From positions 25,059,286 to 25,103,673 of the forward strand of contig NC_068998.1 of the NCBI RefSeq assembly GCF_001194135.2: a stretch of DNA of 44,388 nucleotides, in the 5' to 3' direction. The stretch is from Octopus bimaculoides. Its lineage: Eukaryota. How positions within the stretch are numbered: the stretch's first letter is position 1; each line of letters opens with the position of its first letter. The notes under the pieces are model-generated. The model saw only the letters and a list, made by a program, of their open reading frames with translations, was not told the DNA's origin and ran no database searches. Shown in pieces: positions 12,245-25,789 of the stretch. Position numbers and translations under genes: made by a program.

Positions 12245-12317
<73 letters not shown>
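12233..12317 (+). repeat. (GA)n microsatellite
   Basis: Direct reading. Confidence 0.95.
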
Positions 12318-13759
12318 TATCGGTTTGTAAGAAAACTCTATGAAAATTCTTTTAAAAGTTTAAACCGGGCAAAGCCACACATTTTTATATTAATGATTCT
12401 TATGAGGATGTTATAGGAGGAAACAAATTACCGTAAGCGCGTCGGTTGCGATGCTTTTCCTGAGCACGTCTACGACACTTCAAACACCCATATGTGTTTG
12501 CTTTTTGCTACATTCTGACTAAATCTTATCAATTCTCCTTTTATCACCCTTTTCAAGGCAAAAAGCCATTTGTTGTTAAAAATTGCACCAGTTAAATCTC
12601 ACTTAACTAATTGTTTATTCCTGTTTGACATGTTTGGTGTAGGGGAAACTAGAAACGCAGCTTCGAGTAATTTGGTCTTTGCCAATGAAACCTATTTAAG
12701 TCGACCGTACATATCATGTCTTCGACATTTGTAGCCGATTGAAGATGAGTACAACGCGTAGCCGTCGAGGGTGGATCAGAACGCTTGTGCATCCTAAATT
12801 ATGGTTTCGTTAATGGCCACTATTTCTATATATGGTGACGATATTTCATTGATGAAGAGACTCGGTTTTCAGAGTGGCCATAAGCTACTTTAAATTACGT
12901 GCTCTATTCTTCTATCAGACCTAGTTAAGCTGGTTCTGATAAAAGAAAATTCTGCAATAAAACTTACATTATTCGTGTGGAGGGACAAGTGTTTCCTCCT
13001 TCCAGCAAGTTGTAGATGTTTCCAGCTGTATTTTTTTTTTATTACGCCATCGTAATATATTGATTGTAAAGGGCGTAGTAGATATTTTCTTATTTTGATT
13101 ATTATTAATGTGCAGTTATTAATACCTGTCCTTGTTTGATATAGCCAAAGTGTTTGATGTTTGTGATTTCGTATATGCAGCGCATTAATTTTCTCTTGCT
13201 CGTATTTATGGACATGTTTAAAATCCTTTTTATAGTTGTTAGTATTGCGGGTGTTGTTGGATGAGTGTGAACCAGGTTGTACTCTTTGTGATGTTGGTCG
13301 TGTCTGAGTTGATATTTTTTTATGTAATTGTTATTGCTGAACATTGTTTCAGTGTCTTGCTTTTTAAACAAATTTCTTCTGTTTTTTCAAAAGTTATATA
13401 TCCATTCTGAACATAATGATTTACTTCCCATAGTGGACTCGTTTTTGTCACTTAGTGAATTTCTCGTCAATTTCAATTCCCAACATGAGGCAGATTTTCT
13501 CGTTTTATTCTGAAATTGCTCTATTTGTGTTTATTTGTTTTCCTGTTGCTGTTTTTGTTGTTTCGGTGACGTAGTTTCTATAGAGAGTTGTCTTCTGTTG
13601 TTTTTGAAGCTGTTGCTTCAACATTTTTGTGGTGAATTTGCCATTCCTGTAGGAGATGCTATCATTCTTCCAGTGGACGCAGAAAACACTGTTGTAACTG
13701 TTGCATGCTATTGTTTATGTAGGTGTTGCTGCTGAACAGCAGCACATAGAGAAGAAAGT

Positions 13760-16700
13760 GAAAGGCTGGAGCCTGAGGGGAGAACGCATGATAATGTACG
13801 GGTCTGATAGAAGGTCTTTTACTCTAAGATTGGCTACCCTGCTCGTCACATCGTCCCAGATCTTGTTTACCTGGATGTCTCTGGACCAATCCAGACCTCA
13901 AGCATTTTAATCGATCCTTCCGTTCAGCACCCTACAACACTGTCGGTTAGATTGGACCTGCCTCTCTATGTGCTGAAATGCCGGTTCTCGTAACTTCTGG
14001 TTGATCTTTGTTCCTGTAACGGTTTCGTACTCGCTTAGAGCTGTGCCGACAACCTCAATTTTCGAGATGTGCGACACTATTACAGTGACGTCGTCCGCGT
14101 AAACTGACACGACCATTCCCCACTCTAGATCACGCGGGAAACATCCAGATTCCGCAGCAAGTACGTACAGAAAGGCGATAGTGGGCATCATTGACGGACC
14201 GAACGAGAGATGGTAAATGATTCCGAAAGGTGGTCATTTACTTTGACCACCGAACAGATGTCGCTGTACATTGCAGCGCTTCAGTCTCTGCAAACGGGAG
14301 AGAAACACTCTGCCGCGAGAACAGCCTTCAAGTATTGGTGGTCAACCATATCAAAAGATTTCGACTGATCCAAATTGATCAGGGCCCCACCCATGCTAGG
14401 TTCCTTATCCACCCTCTTTATGATGCATCGAGTAAGATGGAGGTTGTCCGTGGATGGGTTTGTTTGGAAAAGCGCATGTCTGCGCGTCATCAACCAACGT
14501 ATTTTTGACAAATACCAACCTCTTGGCTTAAACCTTGGCCAAAATATTATAATCTGCATTCAGCAATTATAGGTCTAAAATTATCAATGTTGCCCCCCAT
14601 GTTCGGGTCAATCATCAACAGCACCACCGCTCCACAGCTCACAGCACTCTACCATTTTGCTGTCAGCTGAGGTAGAGGTATGCCAAGAGAGCGCCAAACA
14701 TGTCTGGCATATGAAAATATAGCTCGTAGAGTAGACTACTCCAACCTGGAGACTTCTCTTTTGCACAGCTCGTCATCACGTTCCGTACATCTTCGGCTGT
14801 TATCAGCATTTCGCAGAACGCCGCATCCCTGTTGGAGAGGTGCAGTATGCCACCGACATAGGAGGAGAAATCACCACCGGCCCAGATCCACCGTGCTCCT
14901 CATACAGTTCGACGAAATACCGCTGAAATTCTGTACGCATCTGAGTGGACTCCGTTATCGTGCGTCCATCACGACTCGGCAAGGTCAGAATTGTTGCTTT
15001 GTTTCCACGTAGCCACCCGGGACCATCCAACGGTTTTCGTCTCCTCCGTCTAAGTTCATGCGAACTAGCTCTGACAACACAAACTTCGTATTTGATGTTG
15101 AAGAATTTATCATGAGCCAATCTCGCCGCTAACACGTCGGTCGTTATGCCTTTCAGAAGCGCCTCTTCTAGATTCCTAACAATCCTAGATTCCTCTAGAG
15201 CTATTTTCTTACTAAAAACTACTGCCTCTACTCTAATAGCCAATTTCAGTGCTATCCACTAACGGCTGTTGATGACTTCGCCCGCCAACTCTCGTTGGAC
15301 TAACTTACTAACCCGGTCTCTGAAAGCTTGGAGCGCCGGGAAGGACACATGCAGCTTCCAGTATCCGGGGTCCTGTCTTTAGATCCTGTCTATGTCGACC
15401 ATGCACATAACAAATTTATGATCCGTGTAGCCGACGACTTTCAAACGTGGACAACTTATACTACATCTGCCTACAGGTCTACAAAATAGGCTATATAGAT
15501 ACGACCCCATGCGGTTCGCCTATGTCTACATTGACGCATTCGGGAAATCAAGTCGGTACCTGTCAGCCATCTACAAGCAACTGAGCAGGTTTGTGAAGCT
15601 TTTACACCCCATTGTCCCGTCCCATCCAGACGTGCATCCAAGATGGCGTTCCAGTCACCCACTAACGTTAAAGGGCGTGAGGTCCCAAGGAAAATCTCCA
15701 AACGTCTGAAGAAATTTGGCTGTCCCGCCCCCGTGCGGGCGTAAATAGCAACTAGTCTATAGTCACCACCTTCACTGTCGTTCATGTCCAGGACCACCAA
15801 CTTATCCTTCGGGTCCATGAAGATCGTCCGAACTTCGAGATCCTCGCCTTTCCTAAACAGCACTGCCATCCTGCCTCCCATTAAGGGTCGACTAAGAGAT
15901 GCGAATATTTCATAACCGTCGAAAATAAGTGACAGATCAGGCGTGACAGAAACCCTGGTCTCACTGGCTGCTATCACATCCAACCCTAGCGATCTGATGT
16001 CATTGAGCAAGCGTCTTTGCTTCCAGGGTGACGTCAGGCCGCGAACATTTATGACGCCCATTCTGACAATCGCTATGTTGGCTCTGAAAGGTTGAAGAAA
16101 AGAAAAAAAAATAGCGAGTTTACTCATCCTCTTAATGCTGTTTGCAGCCCGATGACGCCTCTTCGTGGCGCCGACGTTTGGACTTCAAACGTCATGTGGG
16201 AAATCTCTCTGAATTTCCTTTATGCTTTGAAGCGTAGTCGAATTAGCATTAAGTGATTCCGAACCCTCTCTCTCAATCTCCTTGTTTTTGGCTATGAGAA
16301 CCAAAAAAAAATTGTTGGCTCTCCTGACGAGCACGTAATTTGGTGTGGGTTTCTTGCCTACTACGACAACACGAATTTCCACCGTGTTGGGGAGCTGGAT
16401 CAGGTTCAGGATCTTCTCGATATTACTAGTTTCACATGGATTAATATTTGCAAGTTGACCCTGCAGTAGCATTCCCTGCTGTTCCTTTTTACCTGCAGAA
16501 GTGACTCTGGGTCTTGCACTGCATAGCGACGATTCACCGGATATCTACTCTCAGTGGCGCCTCCTTTGCCCTAATACTGATCGTTCTCTTTGAGAGGTAG
16601 GTGGGATACAGGACCATACAGGACCAACTCCTCAGTCCCTCGGGATGACACTGCATGCCTTCGCGCGTGTTCCTCACTTTTAAAAAGGAACTCAACGCTG

Positions 16701-16800
16701 GAAACTGCCTTCCTCTCTGTATATGGGCTACATCTATTAAAAATTCACTGAGACCCCTCTGAACATGACTCATGGAGGGTATTACAGATCTTCAAATTTG
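13760..16800 (-). mobile_element. Decayed L1/Tx1-clade LINE (ORF1 remnant, APE, RT; 3' part missing)
   Basis: APE motifs INVRGL, ASETR, AIYA, LVGDWNAILD, TDHKFV and GYWKL. RT motifs NIDNFRPI/LLNADYNILAKVLAKRL, LINLDQSKSFDMVDH, VYADDVTV and IWDDVTSRVANL. ORF1-like VEFLFKSEEHARRHAV../YPTYLSKRTISIR at about 16.5-16.75 kb. Many frameshifts; the 5' boundary is uncertain. Confidence 0.9.
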
Positions 16801-17543
16801 CGTGATACGCATCTGAAATATACTTCTCTTTTCCCTCTATAAGTTTGGGAGGTACGAGCACTACAGCCTTACCCCACACAAATTTAATGATGTCTTTCGC
16901 TTTTCAAAGTTACCGCGTTTTGTCATCGTGTGCAATGGCAAACAATTCTCTATTTGTGTTCGCTCCTTCAGCAAAACTTTTATTTTTGTTATTGTTTTGT
17001 TGTTGTTGTTGTTGCTAGTGATGGTGGTGGTGGTGATGGTGGAGTTGCGGCCACTTTCACCGTTACCATTGTTCTGTTATTGCTGTTGTTGATGTTGTTA
17101 CTGCTGTGCTACTGCGAGATACACTTTGTATTTTTCTCCCTCCTTTTTCTCCTCCCCTTCTTTTGTATTGTTGCTAGTAATGGCGGGAAGATGAAGGAAA
17201 TCTTCAGCAGTCACTAGATCTGTGAGAGGGGTAGTTTTTTCTTAACTCTTTCAAGATGCGCTACGCCATTTTGTTGAATTGCATATGAGTAAACGTTCAC
17301 CGAACTAATTTGACGGGCCGAATATAGCCCACGTGGGTCCAGACAAACACAGAAAACCATTGACAGGTTCCTCGTTTTCTATTAACAACTGGGAACAAAT
17401 CGTAAACCGATCAAATGGAATCAAGCTGGTGTAAACAAATATTTTAAACTGAACTTACTTGGAGCGTTCCAAAACACGTCCATGTACTCTACAGAAATAT
17501 GATAATGAGATAATAATGAGATAAGGATAATAATAATGATGAC

Positions 17544-17615
<72 letters not shown>
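17544..17615 (+). repeat. (AAT)n microsatellite (tail of the adjacent minus-strand SINE)
   Basis: Direct reading. Confidence 0.9.
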
Positions 17616-17725
17616 CCTTTGTATTATAAGCAGGTGTCCTGAAATACTGAGAGAGGGGGATAGTCGGAAGAAATGCTGGTCATCATTTTGTGCGGTGTGC
17701 TAATGTTCTGGGAGCTTGCCACCTT
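17616..17725 (-). mobile_element. Internally deleted tRNA-derived SINE (same family as 31399-31583)
   Basis: Minus-strand head AAGGTGGCAAGCT..AGAACATTAGCAC and tail ATTTCAGG....TATAATACAAAGGATTATT match the head and tail of the copy at 31.4 kb (AAGGCGGTGAGCTGG..; ATTTCAGGG..TATATTAGAAAGGATTAT). Confidence 0.65.
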
Positions 17726-17784
17726 ATAAATAATAGTAACAATAACAACAATCATAATAGTGCAGTGGTGCTGGTGGTGGTTTT

Positions 17785-17902
<118 letters not shown>

Positions 17903-18233
17903 TCAAATAACGCTCAAAGCTTGAAGTCACTGTATTGACTACAATCAGCCGGCATGACGAAATTTTAACAATTTTCTTTTTTATCCGGAGCTTTCAGTCT
18001 GTAAATTCCTCCTCGATAACGTCTCTAACAGGCATCTGATTCATCGATCTTTAATCGCTTAAAATTACTATCACCTATATCGATATTGAGAGGGCAAAAC
18101 AGTGCTTTGGATATATCATGCTTCTAACTAATTCAATTGCCTATCAATACCTATTCAAACACTTGACTAAACGTATCCCCCCCCACACACATACACACAC
18201 AGAGTCTTATATATGCATATACATCTATATGTG

Positions 18234-18275
<42 letters not shown>

Positions 18276-18339
18276 TAGGTCTATATGTATATATAAGAGT
18301 GTCTTATTCGCAATATTACAAGCAAAAGACAAATATATA

Positions 18340-18769
18340 CGTCACTAAAGTGACTACGGGCGCTAGTCAGCACCAGTACTGCTAGAAATAGGTGTTATAG
18401 CAACTCATAGTTACTTACAAGAAATCACAAACCTTAATCACTAACAAGGGAGGCCAGCTCCCAATAACATCCGGGAATATTCTTTATAATTTTCTCTTTT
18501 ACCGTTTACTAAATTAGTGTGTGTTTCTACGCTAGTCTTGTAAACTGACGAGGCAAGTTGAGTTTAGCCCTAGTCGTTGGGTGAGGGCCACTGACAAGCA
18601 TTAATAAAAATACGTAATCATTAGTGATCGGGTTATGCCCGGATGTTGTTGGGAGTTTGCCTCCCTTGTCAGTCATTAAGATAAATGTTTTCTTGTGTCT
18701 AAGAGTTGTTTTAACACTCTTTTCTAGCAATACTGGTGGCAACCAGTGCCCTTAGTCACGTTAGTGACG
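18340..18769. mobile_element. MITE of 430 bp with about 135-bp TIRs and TA flanks
   Basis: TA|CGTCACTAAAGTGACTACGGGC...CAAGGGAGGC..CTCCCAATAACATCCGGG is mirrored by CCCGGATGTTGTTGGGAG..GCCTCCCTTG...GCCCTTAGTCACGTTAGTGACG|TA. Confidence 0.85.
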
Positions 18770-19052
18770 TATATATATATATATATTTGGATAAGTACTG
18801 TTTTTCACTTTGCTAAAGTTTTTCTACTATTTGAAAATAATATGTATTCTTGTTTTTTATATTATTCATTTGGTTCTTTATAGATTATTTTTAATAGATA
18901 ACTTATTTAATACTAAATTATTTAGAAGTTATAGTTTCATTTCAACATAATATTAGAACTTCGATTTGAATAGTGTTGATATATTTTCGATTATTTTTTA
19001 TTAATAATATTTGATTAATTATTAATCTTTATAGTTTATAATATCGTTAAAG

Positions 19053-19950
19053 NNNNNNNNNNNNNNNNNNNNNNNNNNNNNNNNNNNNNNNNNNNNNNNN
19101 NNNNNNNNNNNNNNNNNNNNNNNNNNNNNNNNNNNNNNNNNNNNNNNNNNNNNNNNNNNNNNNNNNNNNNNNNNNNNNNNNNNNNNNNNNNNNNNNNNNN
19201 NNNNNNNNNNNNNNNNNNNNNNNNNNNNNNNNNNNNNNNNNNNNNNNNNNNNNNNNNNNNNNNNNNNNNNNNNNNNNNNNNNNNNNNNNNNNNNNNNNNN
19301 NNNNNNNNNNNNNNNNNNNNNNNNNNNNNNNNNNNNNNNNNNNNNNNNNNNNNNNNNNNNNNNNNNNNNNNNNNNNNNNNNNNNNNNNNNNNNNNNNNNN
19401 NNNNNNNNNNNNNNNNNNNNNNNNNNNNNNNNNNNNNNNNNNNNNNNNNNNNNNNNNNNNNNNNNNNNNNNNNNNNNNNNNNNNNNNNNNNNNNNNNNNN
19501 NNNNNNNNNNNNNNNNNNNNNNNNNNNNNNNNNNNNNNNNNNNNNNNNNNNNNNNNNNNNNNNNNNNNNNNNNNNNNNNNNNNNNNNNNNNNNNNNNNNN
19601 NNNNNNNNNNNNNNNNNNNNNNNNNNNNNNNNNNNNNNNNNNNNNNNNNNNNNNNNNNNNNNNNNNNNNNNNNNNNNNNNNNNNNNNNNNNNNNNNNNNN
19701 NNNNNNNNNNNNNNNNNNNNNNNNNNNNNNNNNNNNNNNNNNNNNNNNNNNNNNNNNNNNNNNNNNNNNNNNNNNNNNNNNNNNNNNNNNNNNNNNNNNN
19801 NNNNNNNNNNNNNNNNNNNNNNNNNNNNNNNNNNNNNNNNNNNNNNNNNNNNNNNNNNNNNNNNNNNNNNNNNNNNNNNNNNNNNNNNNNNNNNNNNNNN
19901 NNNNNNNNNNNNNNNNNNNNNNNNNNNNNNNNNNNNNNNNNNNNNNNNNN
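19053..19950. other. Largest assembly gap (N-run)
   Basis: 898 N. Most other gaps in the window abut TA, CA or GA microsatellites. Confidence 0.99.
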
Positions 19951-20017
19951 ATATATATAGAAAGAGAGAGAGAGGGAGAAAGAGAGAGAGAGAAAAAGAA
20001 AGGGAAAAGGAGATATA

Positions 20018-20026
20018 TAGATAGAC

Positions 20027-20077
<51 letters not shown>
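20018..20077 (+). repeat. (GATA)n microsatellite
   Basis: Direct reading. Confidence 0.95.
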
Positions 20078-20361
20078 GAAATAGGCTGTATGTTCGGATC
20101 AAATTTGATGGTTTGCATAAAAGGAAAATAATACATAATTTCCTATCAAAAATAAACAATTTAAAAAATTCAAAATATCAACTAGTTTATGGCAAGGAGA
20201 TAATATTGTATTAGCTTCTACTTCTCAATGTCAGGTACCTTTTTCTCAATAAGAACATTAATCTTTATGCTCTCCAACGCCGCAGATTGTTCATCAATAG
20301 ATCAAGCTGTTCCTTGAAAAGAGAAACAAGTATTTTCATACTTATCCCTTGCCTCCTTTAA

Positions 20362-20448
20362 ACACACACATACATGTGCACACACACATACATGTGCACA
20401 CACACATACATGTGCACACACACATACATGTGCACACACACACATACA
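20362..20448 (+). repeat. 18-bp tandem repeat (ACACACACATACATGTGC)n
   Basis: About 4 copies visible. Confidence 0.9.
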
Positions 20449-20550
20449 TAGGTATGTACGTATGCATGTATGCATATTATCTATCTATCTGTCTACTTCT
20501 ATGTATGCATGTATGTAGGTTTGTACGTATGTATGTATACACATACACCA

Positions 20551-20588
<38 letters not shown>

Positions 20589-20774
20589 CTGTTAACAATC
20601 ACGGATTAAGAAAAAAAGAAAAAAAGAATCTTTTGACTTGGGGGCTTATATATTTTCTCATGTTTTTCGTTCCTCTCCTTTGAACACTTTCTTTGGAAAT
20701 GTTGATCAATTTTTTCTGTAGCATGGTTTCATAATTGAATTTGTTTGAATTTGTATTTGTATTTTTATCTCTTT

Positions 20775-20784
20775 ATCTATCTAT

Positions 20785-20823
<39 letters not shown>

Positions 20824-21200
20824 TTTTGCCACTTATTCCTGTGGATTACTTCACCGATGCAGACAAGCTACTAAATTCCTTTGATACCGAATTTGATATT
20901 TCATAATATTCAATCACCGAATGAACTTGCCTCAACCTTACTAGATAACCTCTTTGCATTACTCTTGCTACAATACATCTAGCATGATGGCAACACACCA
21001 TCGAATTTGTATTGCATCACATTAATAACATGCTTAGGAACATTTAGTTGGAGTCGTCCTATTTGTTTAGAGTCAGTCTACCTAAATATTTCCTGTATAT
21101 TTAATTCAATCTTACATAAAGAAACTGAACAAGTCTAGCAAGTCACAATACAGTATATAGTCCTTATTCTAGCATATATTAAGTATATTGTAAAATAATT
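20775..21200 (-). mobile_element. Possible highly decayed LINE 3' end with (TAAA)n tail
   Basis: (TTTA)n tract at 20775-20825 abuts coding-like sequence that weakly resembles CR1/L2 C-termini; no intact motif. Confidence 0.3.
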
Positions 21201-22281
21201 GGTAAGATTGTCAAAGATGAAATCAATTTAAAATCATTTCTTCTGCTAATGATATCTTCCCATTTCGTCAAATTTCGGGATTTTCATTCTCTATCTGCTT
21301 TGATCAGTATTAAGCAATGAGCACATGCCTACCTCCATACATGGCAGTCAATTAATCTTGATAAACGAAATTTATTTCTCATTATATTATATTCGCAATA
21401 CCTATTTGTTGGCAATGATGATGACACTGCTGGTGTGATTTCCGTCGTTGATTCTTAAATGTTTATTCCAATTAATGTGTCTAAAGCAAAGTTGCTTGTC
21501 AAAGATTCCATATGTTATTTTATTTCATCAGTCTTATTTTGCATCCGATGGTTTTTCTGAGATCATACTTTTACCTTTATAACAGAACCCTTTGTTTATA
21601 CAATTTTTCTCTCTGCTTGAATGCTGGAAGTGGCTAGAAGCTGCATCGGCTCAGGTTATGAAAACAAATTACTGCGATTAATTATTGAGAGTCGCCTTTC
21701 TTAGGAAGCACAATCTGTTAGAATTAAATGTATTTGTTATGGCGATAGACAAACTCTAATCCGCATTAGTTTAACGAATATTATTTCATAATTTTTGTAA
21801 ATACATTTAATGACTAATATTTATTAATTTTAGTAAATACAATGCTACATTGGTATGTACAGCGACTCATATACCAGCGTATCACATATTAGCTAACCGA
21901 GAAACAGCTCTGTGAATGCCATGTTAGTACTCGAAATGGCTTCTTCTGCTATGATATTAATGTAGATATACTAGCAGCAACTATTTTTTTTTTTGCAAAA
22001 AGAAAAATAGAATGCTTCACTAATTCGTGACACGCAACACACGACTTCTTGTACGCTGCACAGAATTACAGACAACGCAAGAGTATTATTTTTGCATTAT
22101 AAGCATCGCCTCCATAGGATGGGAACAAAATTGCTTTGATAGTTGGTACAAGAAAACATTTCTTGTATTAAGCACAAAGCACATGTTCCGAAAGTAAACT
22201 ATTAGCGATAGAATTGAAATGATTGAATTACTTCTGTTTGTCGACGCCTGAGATATATTCAATTATATTGAAGTTAAAACT

Positions 22282-22329
22282 CATATTGACGTAAGTTAAC
22301 ACCATCATATTGACATAAGTTAACACCAT
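22282..22329 (+). repeat. 24-bp tandem duplication
   Basis: CATATTGAC(G/A)TAAGTTAACACCAT x2. Confidence 0.9.
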
Positions 22330-23647
22330 ATGTTATTTACAGGGATGTTCATACCATGTTGTAATAATAACATATTAACTTGAATACGACAACTCCCCAT
22401 AATAAAAGAATATGGATATAATTAGCAAACGTGTTATTATTTGAAATAAACCATCCGTGTGATGTAAATGATCTCTTTGTTCCTTCTGACGCAGTTTTGA
22501 CATATATGATCTATACTAATAGATTCATAGATGTCTCATGTATATTTTCTTCTATCGTGTATTTTCTTAAATATATTTGTATTTGTGTATGTAGGCGATT
22601 ATATGTGAGAACGTATGCGTATGTTTACACGCACCAATACACGCGTGCGCACATATATGTGTATCTTAATATATAAATAATTTTGTGTAGGATTCAGGAT
22701 TTGCATAGATAATATATGAAGCCTACATTTATGAGATAGTATAATCTTGAAACTTGAAAAACCTCTAGTGAAATACGGACACATATGTTGCTTAATATTG
22801 CTGGAAATTGTCGTTAAGATAACAACTGAATTCAGAAACAATAGGAAGCTGAGCAGATAATACATATATTTCTTTGATTTATCTCTTCACATTACCATAT
22901 TTCATTCTGTTTCATTACCACATTTTATCGCTATTAACGTGGTATATTGAAAAGTTTGAATTTGAATCAACCTAGATTAGAATACAGTAGACAAGTAGGC
23001 CGTGGTGGTTATAAATTAAGACGATAAAAATTGCATCTATACGGGCGCTCAGCATACTGGAAACAGCAGTCACATCTTCAAGCCATAACCTACTAACTCA
23101 GACTCATTGAACAGAAGGGATTATCATAGATGGAACAAATTTGATAATAGTTCTATTCAATCAAAGCTGTTCTCGAAATAAATGATAACAAAATTAACAT
23201 TCACAGTGCAAAGATGACAAAACGTATTTGTGTAGTCGTCTTTCAGACTACAAAGAGCAACGAATTTCCGTTTAACGTAACGTATCATTGAAAAAATATG
23301 GTACATTGGACAGTGTATTCCTGATTTATAAGAAAAAGAAGGAAAAGAGCGGGTTGTTTTACCTTTAACCTCAGATCTAATCAATTAAAAAATTGATCGA
23401 CTAAATAACAAGCAACAACAATACTGAGAGATAACGTTGCATTTGATTAAGTAATTGACCGTTAAGTATCCATGTAGATTTCATACAACAGAATATACAT
23501 GTCTTTTTTTATGTAGTATTCTTGTGTTTAGAAATAGTGTCAGTTCCTTACGACATAGACGGAGATATAGCCCTGAAATTACAAAAAAATTACTTTGTAA
23601 ATACGTTAGTCCATGTTCGATACAACTGAGCTGGGCAAATATATCCT

Positions 23648-23832
23648 CATCGTCGTCGTTGTCGCCGTCGTCATCATGGTTATCGCCGCCATCATCGCCA
23701 TTATCATGATTACTACTTAACGTACATTGTCCGTGCTGACATGGGTTGGACGGTTTAACAGGATCTGGTAAGCAACTGGGTCGTAACGTGTTAGCATTGG
23801 CATGCTTCCTACAGCTCAATGCCTTCCCTATC
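23648..23832 (-). mobile_element. Probable RTE-tail-related short repeat with a (TCA/TCG)n tail
   Basis: Trinucleotide tail 23648-23710 followed by CATGGGTTGGACGGTTT...GCCTTCCCTA, which resembles RTE-type 3' ends as I recall them (not verified). Confidence 0.4.
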
Positions 23833-25640
23833 GTCGTATGAATGTATGTATGTATGTATGTATGCATGTTTGTGTATGTAAATGTTTCTGTGTGTGCAAT
23901 GTGTGTGTGTTTGGAGAGAGGTGTGTGCTTGGGGATAGGTGTGTGTGTGTGTGTGTGGTTTTGGTGGGGAGGGGAGGTGTCTTTACACGTTCTACTGAAA
24001 AACTTACACAATTCAGGTTATTGATGCAATGTAGTCCATGCTGAAATAAGTACAGGTACGAGTGGTAATGACTAATGAGTGATAGATGATGTTCCAGCAT
24101 TGGCCTTGTTTCGCGAGTGAAAGCAGTAAATTCTGCATGTATCGAGATTTGGGAACACTCAATTAAGTAGAGTATTGTACTGGACTGTAGTTTTATTTTG
24201 TCGAGCTCGGATAGATCAGTCACAGAATGATCTACGAGAATAAGAATATACTGAATGAAGAGTAATAATAATATAGACTCAGAACTTCATGTTAGGCAAA
24301 GACCTTGATGGATTGTACTCACTAAAGCATTGAGTGTATTTTTTTAACTAACTCGGAGAGTCGAATGGCAATGTGAATCTCAGTATTATTTCAAGTACTA
24401 ATTTGCTAGTGAGCTTTCGTGTGTAATATTCCAAGATGGATTTGATTTTAGTGAGCGTTCACAAGACCAAGAATCAGAGAATAAAGGTGCCCAGATGTGA
24501 CATCACATTAGAGTCACACTGTAGATATTAATATGAGGCTGGAGATTACAATCATTATGGTCCAGGTAATTATAAAGGCGGTTCACTATTTCTACAGATT
24601 TAATTTATATGACTATGCCATAGTGTAATCAGAATAGTGAATTTACAACATTTGATAGCATAAAATCAAAGACCCAGTTGTCATAAACGCAAGTAATTAC
24701 ATGGCAATTTGCATAATATTAAGCCTCCCAGTAAAGCCTTGCTGATAAAACGCTGGTCAATTATTTATGAGGAATACAAAAACGCTGCCCAACATAAATT
24801 AGCCCATGCCTTTGTAGATGGTCAATGAAGGGTAATATTTTGGAGATCAGTTTATAGATTAACTGCAGGCAGATGATGCAGATTTAATTAGATGGATCAA
24901 TGGTTGATCTTTTGTTGGTGATTCAATGTTGTCATGCAATAAAAGCTTGTTCAATGTTATTTAAGAACTTCTTTAACTTTGACATTATCCAACTGTGCAT
25001 ACTGGAAGAAATAAAAACTAATACTTTAGAATTTCATTAATGACAATACTTTCCGGATTCTCAGAATTATTTAGGATAAGTTCCGGTTATATTGCTTTCG
25101 AAATATGGGATTCCATTTTCTGATATTCTCAACGACAGATCCGTTGTAATTTCAAAGAGGAAAGCAGCGGCAACTACAACACAGGAGTTGATGAAGAAAA
25201 AAGGCAAACGGAAATCTTACTGAGTCTTGGGATATAGGAGGACTATGGGCGATTAAAAGCACCCGAATAGGTGATCATCGAGGGACTCCTTACCCAAAAC
25301 AAAAAGAGCGAGAACGGGTGAAAATATCGATGTAACCCCAAACGTCTGTGCGCACCAAGCTGAATATCTTTGAAAACAGAGCGTCAAGACTCGTAAAGAA
25401 TGCGGCAGACCAACAATTTCAGCAATCGCTGAACAACACAAACAACAGAAACAACACATAAAATAACTACAGCAACACCAAAAATTTAAACAGCATTCTC
25501 CACAACAACGAGAGACACAACAAAATTAGCTAGGGAAGAAACTTAAACAAAACCAGCCAAAACGACGGCAACAACTACATCAGTCACAAGAGGCAGGACG
25601 ATTAGAGCAACATCTCACGGACGAGCCTCATTACACTGTT

Positions 25641-25743
25641 GGTCGTCCCGAAGCTATAGCAGAAAACACTTGCCCAAGGTGCCACGGAGTGGGACTGAAC
25701 CCGGAACCATGTGGTTGTTAAGCGAGGTACTTACCACACAGCC
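25641..25743 (-). mobile_element. 5' fragment of a tRNA-derived CORE-like SINE
   Basis: Minus strand GGCTGTGTGGTAAG (A box), GGTTCAGTCCC (B box) and CACCTTGGGCAAGTG (CORE-like motif). Confidence 0.75.

Positions 25744-25788
<45 letters not shown>

Positions 25789-25789
<1 letters not shown>

Noticed and set aside
12735-12870. TTGAAGATGA.. and TTGATGAAG.. hammerhead-like starts
   Set aside because: No paired stem II followed by GAAA.
23545-23585. GACGGAGATATAGCCCTGAAAT, similar to the hammerhead at 264-303
   Set aside because: The core and stem II are broken and the similarity is only about 20 nt; could be chance or a dead copy.
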